The notes: generated by a model from the sequence alone, not told the origin. A stretch of 64,000 nucleotides of DNA from Bugula neritina (GCA_964035545.1 OZ037765.1:6396698-6460697); one strand, 5' to 3'. Counted from the stretch's first letter, positions 10,001-26,200 are shown. A program made the numbers and translations.

Positions 10001-13000
10001 TCGCCACTTCAAAAACATGGTTGTAATTGGTTTAATAATTGTTGCATCAAAATGCTGTAGTGGTTTATTTATGCCCAACTATTATTAAATATTAAGCTCA
10101 ATGTCAACAAAAATACATTTGCATTTTTTGGCAATTTTTTATTCCTTTAAACATTATTACAACCTACAATTTAATAAAATAAAGATTGTAATAAATAAAT
10201 AAAACTGATGACAGCATATTTGGAGTTTGTGGGATATGCCAGTACACCAAGATCCTTCACAGGTAAGATTAAGGCTACTAAATAGTCCGAGATATTTCAT
10301 ATGAGAGAAAGCCTTGAGCATATCGACAGCAAAGGACTAACATTTCTTTCCAAAACTCAGAAACCGTCATCTTAAATGCAAATGAACGATCATCCCTTTA
10401 AATACTATTTACTACATTATTGATGGAAATATGTCTAGATTTTTTTCTTAGAATAACATTTTTGTCAAAGCATTTTACGTAATCACACTATTCAGGTGGT
10501 GTTACCCAACAGGGTAACTGTCATATAAAGTCAATTTGTCATTAGCATTTAATTGTTTTTCACATAACTGCAGTTAAATACATATAATATAATATCATAA
10601 TTATTGTTACTATTAATAAAATATTTATTATGAAAACAAACAAGCAATTGTTAGTTTCTCACATAAGGTTTTTTGTAAGTAATCTTCAATAGTATGTTTT
10701 TCTCCTGATTGTTTTATAATTGGTAAAAACAAATTTATTCTATTCTATAAAATAATTTAAGACTTTCTTTATACACTATTCAGTAGATTTGAGACTAGTA
10801 ATTAATTTTGACCCATTCACGGACCAGCTACGAACATTATTATGTGTTGACTTGCAGGATGTTTGTGCCATTATAAAGTGTACAACAACATGGTTTGATT
10901 TTCCATTGCTTTATAGTAACATAATATAATACTGTCATTACTGCACACTTTGCTACATTCTTGTTGCATGACTTACATCACAAATATTAAATAGATATTA
11001 ATTTTGTTGATTTAGTTACACAGGCAGGGTGAGGGTCAGCCTAGGCTAAAGGTATATCCTGTAGACTTGCCAACATACCTGATCAAAGTGCTTGTATGAT
11101 GAGACCTTTGTTGAAGTTTGTTCAAAAAAGTAGAAATACAGTGCATTGTGTGCACGCGTGGCATAAAATAAACACTTCCTGTTGTGTAATGATGCAATAT
11201 AATATAAAATATATTATAATCTTTTGTATTAAATTCAAAATTTATCATCTAACTTGAGAACAGTATACACTGAGAAAATTAATATAGTTTGTAAAATTGG
11301 GTAACAATTATACATATTTGGTATTCAGTTTGATATTTTAGTAGAAGTTAATTATAGTGTGGTTTCTCATAATGAGTTATAAAACAAGAAAAGTTCAGTA
11401 AATAAGTGTATAAAGTCCTTCCTTGATAGAATCAAGTTTTGATAATTTGTCACTCGTGTTAAAGATAAAGCGTATCATATATAATATGTGCACTACTGGA
11501 GTAGCTGTTTGTGTTAGCTTACTTTACAATTTGATACCAATAGTAGTAAAAACTGATATTCCTGTTTGAATCAGATAAAATTGTTTATTGTTTTTATTTT
11601 CACCAATATTAGGTCTGCAAGTGGTACTTGTAAGTGATAACTGATACAATTACACACACTAACACTACCAATAGTCAAGTCTGAGGTGAACTCACATGAA
11701 TGGCTAGTGTGTATCTGGCTTGCCATCGCTTGGCCTCAAGAGCTCTCCAACTCAGGCAGGTGTTAAATTCTTAAAAGAAAACTAAATAAATATATTAATT
11801 TACACAATATCTGATCCTTGAGGCCCACGTTTACACAACTAGGCGCCTGCCCCAGTGTTATTCGAAACAAAATTGATATTGTGACATTATTGCAATTGTG
11901 AGGGAAGAGTGAAAATTCAAATACTCACCATGGGACTAAATTGTAATTGAATGCTGGCAGACACAACGCTCAAGATGAAACATTACGGCCACTTCAGCCA
12001 GTGCTTAAACTCAAATTCTACAATTTTTCAAATACTTTTATATTGTGATTCTAGAGCCATTGTAATATAATATAAATCATAATTAGCCTTTGTTGTTATT
12101 TAATGAATTATCTGTTGGACAGTAGGAGAGGGAATATTGCTATTACATAACATTAAAAGCTCAATCCAATTCAAATTCTTCATTAATTTGTAATTTTGTT
12201 TTGAATATTTCTGAGTAACCCATATGCACGCAGTAAAGGTGAACTTTACACCTTTATAAGTTGAAATTTTACAGCTTGCATAAAAATTTAGTTGAATTTG
12301 CAATCAAAAGCCACAAACAAATAAGATGCCTTAGCTATGCTGTGCATGCAGTTTAAAAAAATATGCAAACTTGTTTTAATCAGTGCAGCGTAAAATACTT
12401 ACCTCGTTAATGGCAATTTACACTTTCCACAGTAGCAAAATAGCAGACGCCAGCAAGTTATGATTATCTTTGCAACTAATATATTCTCAGTAATTGGGTA
12501 GTAAAATCATTTTTCTGTTTTTTATTGCATATATTGAGCAAGATAAAATGAATTTATTGGCTTAATAGTGGAGGAGCTGGTCTTAGTTTGTTTACACCTG
12601 TGAAACAGACGTTCAATTTCAATAGCTATAGTTGCAAAGATACAGTTGTTCCTGTAAGGTTTCAGCTAATCAACACAATCTTTCCTCCCTCCCAACAAAA
12701 AGCCATTATAAGAAACTTCTTGCCAAGATTTCTTTGTGCACATTATTCTGTAGGCTGTATTTTATACTACTGGAAAGAGTGTGTCACAAATTCTTTTTCT
12801 TGTTAAAGAGAATTAATTCAGTATTAAATCTTTTGTTGTTATTGTCACTGTCATTTATGTGGTCTTACAAAATGTGTCAATTTGTTTATTAGTACAAAAA
12901 GTATTTTTCTCCCAAACAATTATTTATAGTTTGTAGGCCTTATTTATTGCACATCACCATACGATCATCTTCAGCTGTCATGCAGTAAATTACCGGCTAG

Positions 13001-14626
13001 TCTGCATTGTATCAAATGTAGAAAGTCTTTACGAATTAGCATTTTAAATTAAAAATAGTAACTCACCCAGACCAACTCACCACAAATAAATTACAAAAAA
13101 CTATAATGAAACTGATCCTCTTGACCAACGAAACATACCAACATTATAATTTATAGAATTTCGCTAGTTTTTACAGTCTGTGAAGTTATGTTTGTTGCAG
13201 TTGATTATTTTTTAAAAGATATGTTTTAATTTGACATGCACAATAAATATGTCATTTGTGACAAAAAATGTATGATTGGTATTTCACTTAATGAATAATT
13301 TGTATATTTTCTTAGACTTTATATCCTGAAAAACTTTATTGCAAAATAAATTTAGAAGCTTTTATAACTTATGCTTTATACTTCAATTATTATTATTACT
13401 GTATATGGAATGAATCATTGTGTTTAGTATGAACTATTGAAGCAGTGTTTAGATTATGTATTTAGAAATTTGTATACTGCCTACACAGACTGCATTATGA
13501 ATCAGTATATAATATTTAAAAGAGGGAATGCAAACTAACTGATAAAAACATTGCAAATACTGGGATTAGGGTCACAGCGCAGGGTACAGGTGTAGGTGAC
13601 ATATCTCTTATCTGAACTAGCTGCTTGTATCTTCTGTAATTGTTGATTCAACCCGTGTTACCCCTTAGAGAAGCATACCAAAACCTTCCAAAAAGTGTAG
13701 ATAAAGTGTATCAATCAAAATTATTGTTCTTGGTATGGTGGAAATCAGGCTAATCGCTGGTAGAGTCATGGCCGATTGTACTGAATGATCAGTGACACCT
13801 TTATCACAGAAGTTTGGTTTTGGAATTAGTTTGGTGCAGCGAGATGATTATGCTGTGCATGCAAGATGGCCTCCTATGCCAATAACCATCGATTTTAAGT
13901 TAATCATTGAAATGTCGATGTTAGCTCTTATAAAAGCTAAAAAATGTTATGCTAAGACTTTAGAACTAAACTTATAGTTGTAAATACTGCTTGAGATTTT
14001 AATACTGTATGAAAAAACTAAGAGTTACTACTACTAAAGTAAATAGGCGTATGTATGCATTGAATTATTTTTGGTGAATTGTTTAATTTTAACTTTTAAT
14101 GGAAAAGGATGTTTTTATAAAGCAAATTTGCAATGGGCTAATAGTGGTATGCAAATAATAGGTACCGCAAGCATTTTTCTTTGAATTCACCAACAATAAT
14201 GGGCAAAGGTAAGAAAAAAGTAGTATATGTTTCAATTCCTTTGCCAATATCAGCTTTTCATCGAATTATTTAGCTGATCAGTCATAAATTATTATATATA
14301 TTACATATATGTACTTTAGATTAAGTAACTTTGAAATTTTGCATCAGCTTTTACATACTTGCTGCAAATGAATCATTAAGATGATGATGAAATCAATTAT
14401 ATTTCTGTTAAGGTTAAAACTAAAGCACCAAAGATACAAAAATCATTTCTAGATCTGTACACATTTTTACAATAAAAATATATAATATATAACATCAGTT
14501 GGTAGTTTATAAAATATTGCATCACAGGTCAGTGAATAGTTGAAAATTAAAAATTCAAATAATTATTGCAACTCAGAGTCTGATATATAAAAAGAATAAT
14601 ATTTCAATTCGCAAGAGTTTATAAGA

Positions 14627-17074
14627 CTACCTATGAATACCTTCGTCGCTGTCTATTTCGTGCAACTTGCTTTCTAAATTTCTTTGGTTCAAATGTCCAG
14701 AAAATGCTGTGATACCTGCGGCAGCTAGCTGACTCATAAAGAAGGGTGTCATGGCTGCTGCCCCGGGGAATGCTGTAGTCAAAGGGTAGTTGATATAAGG
14801 GTTGGTAGAGGGCGTCGCGGAAGCTATGGGTGGAAAACTGAACTGTCTATGTGGCCGTCGTCCGACGGGGTTTACATGAGGAATAACTCCAGCCGTTAGC
14901 GAGGGCCGGTTGAGCAAGGCTTCCATTGAGAAAGGATTTTGTGAGAGGAAAGCTGAATGTATATTCCCTGAAGGTGTTGCAGTTGATGTGAAGGCTGAAT
15001 TGTCTCCACCTGAAAAAAATTAATATTTGCTTAAAATAAAATAATTGGGTATGTTTGGACTAGCTATAAAATTGCCAATAGAATTATTGTGTTGTCTCCT
15101 TCTTTTGATGTGTAAATGAAGAATTAACAAATACATCAACTGTTTAAAATAAAATGTAGAAATGTTCCAACACCAGGTTAATACAAAATAAAAACACAAT
15201 TATTGAAGTGTGTGAGATCCGTCACACGTCTCATATGATTACACATCTATTTTTACCCATAATACTGCAATTATTTGCTGAAAGTTTCCTTCTTTAATAT
15301 TATGCTTGTTGCCAAATTATAAAAAATAATGATTAGTAAATTAAGTGATTTGGTATGGTTTAGTTAAATCACTATAATATAGGGTCAAATCACGTTTAAA
15401 TTACATTTTAATTATATTTGTTCATCATATTATTGGGTATAGCAGGATTCAGCTAAAAACAGCTATGCAACTCTCAGCATTCACTAATTTAAAAAGTCTA
15501 AAATTTAACTTCAAACAACAGTTCTTGAGAACTACTGTTAGATTTCTTGTAGCTTCTACAGCCCCTTTCAGACTTTAGAATGTTTTAAATAAAAGAAAAG
15601 CGAATCTATTTTCAATGTGCCTATTAAAACCTTTGCTGTTTATTACCTTAGCAAGCCGAAATTCAATCTATTTCATAATTTTTGATACACTCTCTAGATA
15701 TTACATTCTAATACTGCTAACACTAATTGTTGTATGAAAACAAATCCTAATCTAAAACTAGCCATTACACTCACCGATATGAGATGTTTTAACTGTATGT
15801 TTGCTGTCTGTCAGAGTTCTTGGTGGTAGATTAGATGAAGGCTCTTGTGCTGATAGGAAATGCTCTATAGCTTTGACTACATCACCTTTACACCCTTGTA
15901 GAACCAGTTCTAATACATTTCTATTGAAATAAAAAACACATGTGCGGGTGAAATGAATATACAACTTGCATGTGCAAAAAATTAAGTTGCTTACTAATTT
16001 ATTAGAACTTGGCTTGAGCCTATACATAAGTACTGAAAATGTGCCCAGTTATATAATTAAGTATAGTATTTTAGTGTTTTAATATTTAACTAGTTCCAAC
16101 TTTGTTGAATAGTCTACACTCTGAAGTAATAAAATTCATAACAACTTAATTTTATTTTATTTCCAATTATACAATTAAATTTTCACTATTCAAATATTTA
16201 TAACTAAATTACCTTTTTTGAAATGGAAATATTTTTTCCATCATTTCTAATCCTGAGAATCGGCCAGGCCGGAGTCCTCCAGCATTTGAGACGAGTTGAT
16301 TGCTAAAGCTAGAAAGTTTACTGCAAGTAGAAACTCTGGATTTCTTAGGCTCTGGTTCTGGACTTGTTGGAGGGGAACTATTATCTTCATCACCTTCTTC
16401 TGAATCTACATTATCATTATGAACATAAGATACCTGTACTTTTATACAACCTAATGATACAACAGTTATTTGAAAAATGTGTTATTTTAAACCTATTTGG
16501 TTTGAATGACGAAAATTCCTAGCAATGTTAAATTGATTTTATATTTTGGTCAATATATTTCAATTAATATTTTTTGATTAGCAAAGCAAATGCATGCGTG
16601 ATATAGGGCTAAATTAATGGCTTTAATTGCTATTGTAAAACAACCAAAGTCTTCTTTTACAAGCATGAATTATCTTTTATTCAGTTAGTGCTTACCATTA
16701 TCTTCTGAGTGAGCTCTCTTAGATGTTTCTTGTGGTTTGGATACAGTACCTGGCCCCCAAAGTGGCCCAGGCGTCATCATTGGTATATCGCTGTCGTCTG
16801 TGCTGTTATCTCTAGACTGAGTGCAAGCTCTAAGACCCAAGACTATAGCATCTTCTGCTGCCTGCTGCCTTTTGAGAGCCACCTGCGCTGCCATGACACG
16901 CTGCCTCTCAGCTATGAGGTTACACTTTGCGCACGCACAATCTTTGTACGGACAGTGACGCTTGTGGCCTTTTAGCCAGGAAACCATCCCGTGGTTTCTA
17001 CAGCGAGCACATTTCGGTTTCCGAGCCCCTTTCTCTGTTAGAGGGTAGAAGGACTGTTGCATATGTGCAGTCAT
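14627..17074 (-). CDS. Dmrt93B: Doublesex/mab-3-related transcription factor, Dmrt93B type; 4 coding exons: 17074-16696, 16405-16213, 15920-15775, 15009-14627
   Basis: DM domain [63 protein letters not shown]; the [13 protein letters not shown] tail is typical of the Dmrt93B group. DMA domain [13 protein letters not shown]|[22 protein letters not shown] spans exons 2/3. GT-AG introns are in frame. Subfamily is assigned by motif recall, not phylogeny. Confidence 0.9.
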
Positions 17075-17140
17075 TATGCTAGCATGTGTGATGATAGGAG
17101 CTTCTGTTTGATGAATGGTAACACATATGCATAAATTTGA

Positions 17141-17238
17141 TATTTATAACAACACTCTGTATCATTAGTTATACGCAGACGAGCTGTGCTTCTGTAATCT
17201 TATTGGTCAGCTGTTATTAAAACTAGACTTCTCATTGG
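17141..17238 (-). promoter_or_regulatory. Putative core promoter of Dmrt93B: TATA box plus two CCAAT boxes
   Basis: On the minus strand, TATAAATA at 17148-17141 (about 70 nt before the ATG) and CCAAT at 17206-17202 and 17238-17234 (32 nt apart). Confidence 0.45.
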
Positions 17239-20200
17239 ACTAAAGTAAAACAACACTAATAACTATAGACAGCTCATATTATAATGTAAAAAGCATCAAT
17301 ATGTGCAAAATTATGACAAATTTGTATTTTTCTTGTGAAAGATTTTATTTGTGACACAAAAGCTGGTGTACAGGTATTTTGTTTTCAATCTGCAAGAATT
17401 TGAAACTTTACATGCAGTATATCAAACCTATACAAAATATAAGTTTCTGCTTTCACAACTATTGCTGTTAAATAAATAAAAAGATAGCCCAAAATTTTTT
17501 TCAAAAGAATTTCTCTCATGATAACTTACTAAAAGTTATCTTAGCTAGTAATTTAACAACAGTGATTGAGGGCGTGTAATTTTTACGATCACATCTAAAA
17601 AACCCAGAAGCATTCTTGGAAAAAATTACGCAGAAATAAAACACAGTTATTGTTGATAAGATAATGTAGCCATAATATCTAGCAGTAAGAAGTTAAAGTT
17701 ATATTATATGGCTAAGCTTAAGGTTCTGCAGTCTGGGTCATGCTGAATGGTTATTATTGCTACAGAGAACTGCCTGTGTTAGTTCTGTTAATTAGACATT
17801 GTAATTCGTTTAGCCATACATTGAAGTCGCCAATACATCCTTAGAACATGCATCTGCAAAAAACATACAAGTAAATTTCTTTGTGATAAAAAGCAAAGAA
17901 AAAGAAACCAGATGCTATTGGATGTTGTAAGTGTGCTGTCAAAGTGGCAGCAGCACGCTGTATATTAAATTATTATTATTGATTGTAATTTAACCTGGCT
18001 CCAATATTCACACATGACTAATTAATTTATAAACAATTATCAGCTAAAAGATAGCCATTAAAATTTAATGTTGAAATCATCTTTAGCCTATCTTTATTGG
18101 AGTAGCAGTCATTATAGATGCAAAGCTTTTGCTGAGGTATAAATTATTCATGGCTCTTGAGTTTTATGGGTATATACAGGTTATTTATATACAATATCAA
18201 TTCTTTGCTACTCTCAATATAACAGCTTTATCTCATTTCGTATATGGAAATGTATTTTGAAATATGTTTTATCAAAATATAAGAGCTCTACCGTATCCTG
18301 CACCAACCATTGCTTGTTCATTGAATTGATTTAAATAAATTTCTAACAAATTGAACAAGAAACTGTTTCATATTTTCATTTATTTTACTTCTTTTACTCA
18401 GAAAAAATAATTTAAAAAATAAAGTGTACATTGCATTATTATTTTCCGTATAAAGAATAAAAGAAGTACTGTATACTACAAGATATAAATTGAGTTATAA
18501 AACTTCCTGATGAAAATTGCAAATTTTATAATACTTTATTATTACATTAAGAAATATTATATTAGGCTAGATCTATATTAAGAAAATGTAGCACTGAATT
18601 TTATTTTGAAAACTAGAATCCCAAATTAAAACTACAATTTTGTAATAATAATTTCTTTAGATAAGAAAAGTAGTTTCTGGCGTTAGAATTGGCACAGTAC
18701 AACACCAAGTCGATATTAGAAATTATGTGAATAGAAGCTTTACTTTGCTCAATTTCAACATACTAGATAATTAATATGCAACGAATATAAATGACATTGA
18801 GTAGGTAAATCTACAAAAACTGCTCAAAAGTCTCCATATTAAACATTAGAACAACCTACGTATAATTGATAACTTTGTAAATTGAAAGTTTGAGCCATTG
18901 TGCTACCTTTACAATGCATGGCTATCATCTGTTCAAACATTTTGACTTCTATCTCTATTCCAGCTTGTATCTCAATATGGCTGGTTCCCCATATATATTA
19001 ATTTCATGCTCATTTTACTTTAACAAAATTATTTTATTTTTTCAGCAGTGTTGTAACTTGTAAAACATTGCAGTAGCTAGTGCTTGCTGTAATTTAACTG
19101 GCAGTCTTATTTCACCATCACTACAAAAGTATACAAATCAAATATCTTGCTATGTTTTTTAATGAACTTTGAACATTTTTAAAGCTACTAGAATTAAACT
19201 TTGTTGTTTTTTTCATTAATTTGAAAGCACATTTTCAAATTTTACATTTGAAGTTATATTTTTACAACATCTGAAATAAGGCCTGTTGTTACTAATGTTT
19301 ATTAACAACATTAGTTTTTTTATTTGATCAAATTAAATAATTGTCATTGTATTGTATAATGAGCACAAGGTTTTATATATTATTATGCAACTATAGACAT
19401 TGCCTGTAAGGCCACAGTAACTTTAGTTTATGTGGGCGGTTGTAATCTGAGTTTTCACAAATTAAATTAAGTTTAATATACACAGCAACTAGGAATGAAT
19501 AATAATAAAGTATATAATGCTCATGTGACTGATGACTCAGAAAAGATAGTCAAGTTTTAAATATCAAAAGTCATGTGACTATAGTCTGCCGCCTGGGGAC
19601 AATTTATCATTTAGGTAGCTGCCACGCTGCCACTGATCAAAGACATGCATGTAGCTTTATTCAAATTTATAAATCTTTGCAAAAAACAGGATTATTGGCA
19701 AAAAGTTTACACAAAAGAGTGTAAAAGATTATTTCAATAATTAATGGCACCAAATATTGTTTGACACATGCGTTCTTACTATGGCAGTGTTCAACAGGTA
19801 TATGTCAAGTTGATGGGAAGGAAGAGAAGTGTATACACTGTGATGCCACATTAAAAGCATTAATCATTGTAAACAAGCTTAAAGATACTTCAGCTTAGTG
19901 CAGACACAGATAAGGCAGAAAAAGAAGGCTAGCCCAAGTTTTCAAACCATTACACAATTAAACTAATAAAAACAGAAGGCCAATACTAGTAGAGAGAAGC
20001 AAGGCTACAACTATAGCTTATGCTCAACTGTTCTTAAACACCCATACTTACTTGTGTCTTTGTTATCAAACATTTTGGGTAGATCTTAAGCTAAATAGAT
20101 GTTAATGTTCTACGCCACCTAGTCTAAGCTAGAATAAACAGTTAACATTATCAAGGCGTATTATACATTGTATTAAAATATAACTAACTATTTAGTATAA

Positions 20201-23200
20201 TCTGATGAAGGAAGAGTCAAAATGTGCAGATAGGGTGAAGAGTTGTGTTAAGATAAAGAATTTTCAGCTTACAAACTCTCAGTACAAGTATCTTCTATCT
20301 CTTGTATGTTTATCAATAATAACGTCTTAATATCAGCCTGTACTCAGTGACTTTATACTAATTAGGCTGTAGAAAATTAGCAATGCAATACTGTGCACAT
20401 ACTCCTCTCACTGACAGGCATATCAGTGGCAAGGACAGTTCCCACGCCTATTGAAAATCTAACACTAAACCAGAAATATTGGAATAACCAATTTACTTTT
20501 TAGGACTGCAGCTTAATATACTTTATATTATTTTGTTGGTATTAATGTAAGCTGTGAAAGTAGTTAAAGCTGATGTTTATTGAAGCATGAATATCTATAA
20601 AAATTAAATAATTTATAGGAGAAGATGGTGTGAATCTATATTTTCATTTCTTTACCTTAATTTCTGTAAAAATAAAAGTGGAGACATGGAAGCACATCCT
20701 GTACTCGTGGAACAAAGAGCAGAAAGCATATTTACAGTCAATATATGTTCTCCATACACTTTCAGTGATTAATTTAGTCTTTGTAAGAAGCTGCAATGTA
20801 TAAACATGTGAAAGATGAATGAAATTTATGGGTGAAAGGTGTTGGATATAATTGGTTGCAGACAACTAAATCATAAAGCTGTATCAAATCATATACATCA
20901 TTGACAACATGCATAATTCTTAAGTAAAGTCATAGTCTTCCGTTCTCTGCCCACTATCTTAAGGCCATGTACAACTATAGTAGTTTAACACATACTGTAT
21001 TAATTTAGCCATAAACTGGCCATAAAATTGTTAAAAAATGGCAAATGGGCATCACAATGCCGCAGTCTTCAAACCAGTCAAAACTATTATCACTTAGCAA
21101 ACTTTGTTTGCTTTATTTGGATGATTTTATATTTACTACTTTCAATTTTTAAAGCACAAAAAATAAGAAACACTAACTTAGAATTGCTTTAGAAAAACCT
21201 AAATAAATCTGTTTAAAATCACAACTGCAGTAGCCATGGTGTGTCATAGCTAATTTATATCCTCATGCATGTCACCCATACAACTATAGTTAAGACTTGC
21301 AAGAATGGCTCAGGGTGAATGAAACAATACAGCAGTTCACAACTGCTAAGAATTACTAAATTTCTTGCTAACTCAGCTAATTTAAGTTCTTTCAGAGATT
21401 AATATCTCTCTTTCTCTGCTGCTGATGTGATTCAACACTTCAAACACACATAATTGGTATCAAATAAAGCAAATTGGCAGCACTGCTTGAAGTGAGTCAG
21501 CAGTTTACTTCTACATGCAACTGACACGAATCTGCAGGTACTTGATTGTCTCAAGCTTTGTCACATGACCACCTCTGTCTTGTGTATTTCTTGACAGCCG
21601 AAGAAAGAAATATATTAAAAATTGTCAGTAAGTTTATGAATGATTCTATATTGACATTATGTATGTATACACGGACAAATCTAATTATAGCCAAACAAGC
21701 TTGCTGACTACAAACAATCAAATGCATCAATTACATATAGTAGCTGCTCTCATTGTTGACAGCCGAGATTTTACGAGCTCTCCCTGCGCGTCTCTATACT
21801 TAATTTGTAGGCTAGCTTCTCTTGTCCTGCATTATCTTAATGTGTTAGTGTACATGGTTAGTGAAAGATAATTAGTCTTGTGTGTAAATTACAGATCCAC
21901 TACCGGTGAATTTGGAGCCACGTGAGCTAGATTATAGAACACAACTATTTTTAAAAGTGGAGCTTTTTACTTGATGCTCCCAAAATGTTTTCAATGAGTA
22001 TTTAGGGCTGAGGCTAGCTCTGTCACTTAAGCTGTCAAGTTCTGCACATGACTAAATTAGGTACACCTGTATAACGTTTGATGGGAAACTTTTGGATCAC
22101 ATGTTTTACAGTGTTACTTGCATATTAATATATGTACTGGAGTTGTAAGTGAGGGGTGTTCCATTGAACTCAATGGCCAGGAAGGTTTTGTCAGTACAAA
22201 AAATTATTGTTACAAAGAGTTGGACCCATATTTATGTACCTGATCAAAAGGTAATTTCTTGACAGCCTTTTATATCAAAGATGATAAATTATGGGGGGAA
22301 GAAGTGATATTGGTCATTGGCCTAGAATAGTGTCAAACAGACCGACAGCAGTAGTGCAGGCTTGCTGCACTTGTTACTGTAAAACAATACCTAATATAAC
22401 AATAGAATATAAATGCGAAATGAACAACATTATGAACAATATATGTGTATATAACATAAATGTGTCAATGTCATACTATCCTGAGCAGCTACTGCATGTA
22501 GTTAAGCAGAAAATATCTTTATTAGTAAGCTAGAAAAAGTTTTAATGTTCTGACACACATTTCAACAAGTGATATGATTATTTTAATCCTAGTTTCTTCA
22601 ATTTTGTTCTACATATCTCAAGGTTGCTCTTACAACAAGCAATAAAAGTATACTGACTTTGCTACTATTACGTTACACTTCTAACACTTGGCAGCCATAA
22701 AATCCATAAAGTAATAATTATAATGTTGAACTCATTATTTCTAAATATTCCTATTCTATGGATGACCTATGAATTTCCCATGACTTATTGTATTTTTATA
22801 GCAAATGATATTGTTTTAGTGGCTATAGTATTCAATAACATTACATACTTGAAATAGTTCAGTTAGAATTGGTTGTTATATACAAAATATATGCTCTCCA
22901 TACAATTCCAACAACATAAGTCTTGGAATATTAACTGCTTATGAACATCAGCTACTGATATTGATTGCTGTAGTATGTTACAAATGCCATAATATAGTAT
23001 GTGTAAAATGGCTAGCAGTTGTAGCTGATTTGATTTATAAAAACATTATATTGTGAGTATAAAATGTACTATTGATATAAAAAACATGGATTTCATGTCA
23101 GAACAATCAGTAGACAATTATAGAAATGTAATATATTCGAGGTAATTGCAGCATTGAATAAAAACACACGTTTGTATGTAAATTGCAAGAGAACACAAAT

Positions 23201-26200
23201 CTGAATTTCTTATCTCTTGAATTTGAGACATGGGCAGGCAATTCGAAATAAATTCATAATTGCATAAATGGGAGTTGAGATACACATCAGCTGTTGTAAA
23301 TAATTTATATAATTTTATTAATGGACGGCAAAGTTTATAAAGTTAAAAATAAAAAAGTTTACAGTAAGTTTTGTAATCCAACTTGCCAAGACGAACTCTA
23401 TCCATACACCGACAAGGGAAAAAATTGGAAATATTTCAAATCAAGTTGTGAAATTCGCTACTGGATATTTTCTGCTGCTTGCAATTTCTAGCATCACCAA
23501 AAAGTTTGAGGCTGACTGATTTTGACTATGATAATACTTGGCCCATTGAGAAATGTACAGTGCAAGCCAAAAGACTTTTCAAGTCATTTAACATTATATG
23601 ATGGATTTATGGTACCCGTTTGCCAATTCCAATTCCAACTTGATGAAACACTGTGCTTATAAGTGAGAGAAGACTTCGAGGGAATCGTCTGTTTATGTAT
23701 TTACAGATGTTTGTAATCTCAAATTCATTTAATATTTTGAAAACTAATAGCAAGAGCTTAAATATGCAAGATATTTTCAAACATTTTCTGTTATTATTAG
23801 CCATTCTTTTTACTCTTATTTTACTTATTGAAACGACTCTTTAATTTGAGCCTTTTAGCAAGTAAAAGGATCATAGTGAGAGTTGCTTTTGTAATCCGAA
23901 CATTATATAACATATAATGCAGTTGGAAATATTAAGTTGGTGTAAGTTTTTATATTATATGTTTTGTATTTGTTTATCATAGAAATACAAACCAAATAGC
24001 TTTTAAAACTCAGTCTTTGAGTTGTTGTATTAGCATGTGCTTTGACTTTTGATTATATCCTGACTATTACAAAGTAATTTTGAAGTTGTATAATTTGTAC
24101 CTCAATTAGGTTGAAAATTTCAAAGATTACGCAATATTTGAAATCTTGGTTAGAGAACGGATTTAGTGTTTTAAAGATATTTTATGTGTTGCACAGTTAT
24201 AGCTTTTTATACTTTATTATATATTATATTACGTTACACATATATTACATTGTACTATATTATATTATATATTGTATTATATTATGTTACATTATGTCAT
24301 ACAATAAACAGCAATATCCCATTGAGTGGGGATTAGACAATATTATATAGATTTCTGGTTAAAGTTAAAGATATAATTTTTTAATTAAAAAGTTAATTTG
24401 TTGCTTTGTCTCAATACTTTTGAAAAGCTATCTAGAGCAAGGTATGCATAGCAATAAGTGATTAACTTGGCAGATGTTAAATTTATAAACTTAGTTCGAC
24501 AATGTTAATAATTAAGAAATTTAGCAATTGCTTCTGGGAACTAGTTTCTTTAGTATTATAACTCTAGCCATGCTGTTATGAATACTATTTGTACCAGCAA
24601 TACTGTGTATTATAAAGATAGTTATCATTTGCTAATTGCTTATATTTATGTCTTACAGTGGCTGGAAAACAGATCATTTTATAGCAAAGAATTATAATGC
24701 TAACAAGATACGTGTACATTTGACAATAAAGGTTAAATAGTTATAGCTGCAAAGTAATTATTTTTTACATACTCTTATTCAAACTGATTTTTGACACTGT
24801 ATGATAATTATTTCAAAATATTTTTTTCTTTGCAGCTCTCAAATAATAAAAAGAAATTTGTCTGCTTTTATTCACTGCACGATATTCTACAAATTATTTT
24901 ATTACATTAAGAGATTTAAAGCATTGTGCCTATTAAAGTATATTGTCTAATTCTCAATTTCAAATTATATGCATGTATATTTTTTTATAAAGTTAAATAA
25001 TAAAGTTATTAATAAGCTATGTTGACCTAGTGAATTCAACATGCAGTTGAAAAAATCTAAACAATAATATAATGCCAGATTTGCAATATCCATTTTCACT
25101 TGCTCTCTTGCTATGCTAATTACATTTCTTCTAAAAGAAATATAATCAAAATATTAATAATTTCATTTTTATGATCATACACTTGTAATGATTATAATTA
25201 CAACATTTGATTAAATAAATTTTCTTTGTCCAAACATATTAGAATATAATGCCAACAAAAGTAAAGCTTTCTGAAAAACTTGTGGATGGCTGTTAGCACA
25301 TTCTTATATCATACCAACATGCAACTAGCCTCTGAACTGATTTCTGTATTATTCCCAAACCAGTAACGTTTTAAAATGTAAATGTTTTCACTTGTAAGTA
25401 AAAATAGCCTTTTATATTAACAGTGTGTACAAGTGCAACATTTAGCAAAAAGATAAATTGTTCCATGGTTGATAAAACCATCTCAGATGTGATGTAAATA
25501 TAAATATATTTCACTAATTTAAATACTTAGAATTATTGAGGTTACTGTGAAACAGTGATAAACTATTAGTTACACAAACGTCCCATTTATGTTCTGTGAA
25601 TATGTACAACAGAAAATTATAAAGCTTTTTGTCAAATAAGAGCAAACAAGATTGTGTGCTGAGGTACTCACTCAGCCGCACTCTCTAAAGAATTTGACAA
25701 AGAAGCTAATATTGTTATTTATTATCAACTAGAAAAGATAACATTATGATCAGGTGTGTGTACACGCACTATCATTAACAGTAGTTGAAACTGTGAGATA
25801 TCCATAATCTCATACATTAACTTGTTAAGAAAACTCCAGTACAATTGTCTTACTAGAATAGAATGTTACTTTTGAATACTTAAGATTTATTTAGCAACCT
25901 TTTGGTTTGTTTTGATATTTTTACTATGTTTGATGATGAGATTTTCTCATGCACTCTTGCATTGATTGCCGTGTATATAGAAAAGCGATGTTAAAAGGTG
26001 TGATTGTTTGTTATGATTTACTAATACATGTAGCATACATCTATTGTACTGGAAATAATGTAGTTATACCTACCCTCCACCTGGTTGCAATTATTTTAAT
26101 GGCTTTTACAGAAGCAAAATGCTTGTTAGTTTTCCATCAAAACAATCACATCATTTGTAAAAGGAAACGGTTGGTTTTTTATCTACACAATGTCTTGTAT

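Noticed and set aside
11929-13083. Minus-strand donor-like sites (about 11928, 12402, 13066, 13080) downstream of Dmrt93B, suggesting dsx-like alternative 3' exons
   Set aside because: The candidate exons are short and mostly contain stops. Such hexamers occur by chance at this density, the possible donors near the Dmrt93B stop are weak, and I saw no Tra/Tra2-type TC(T/A)(T/A)CAATCAACA repeats. RNA-seq would be needed.
16709-16975. Antisense ORFs over coding exons (also 28627-28845, 36232-36432, 57530-57808, 62429-62620)
   Set aside because: Shadow ORFs on the reverse strand of GC-richer exons, with no recognisable domains.
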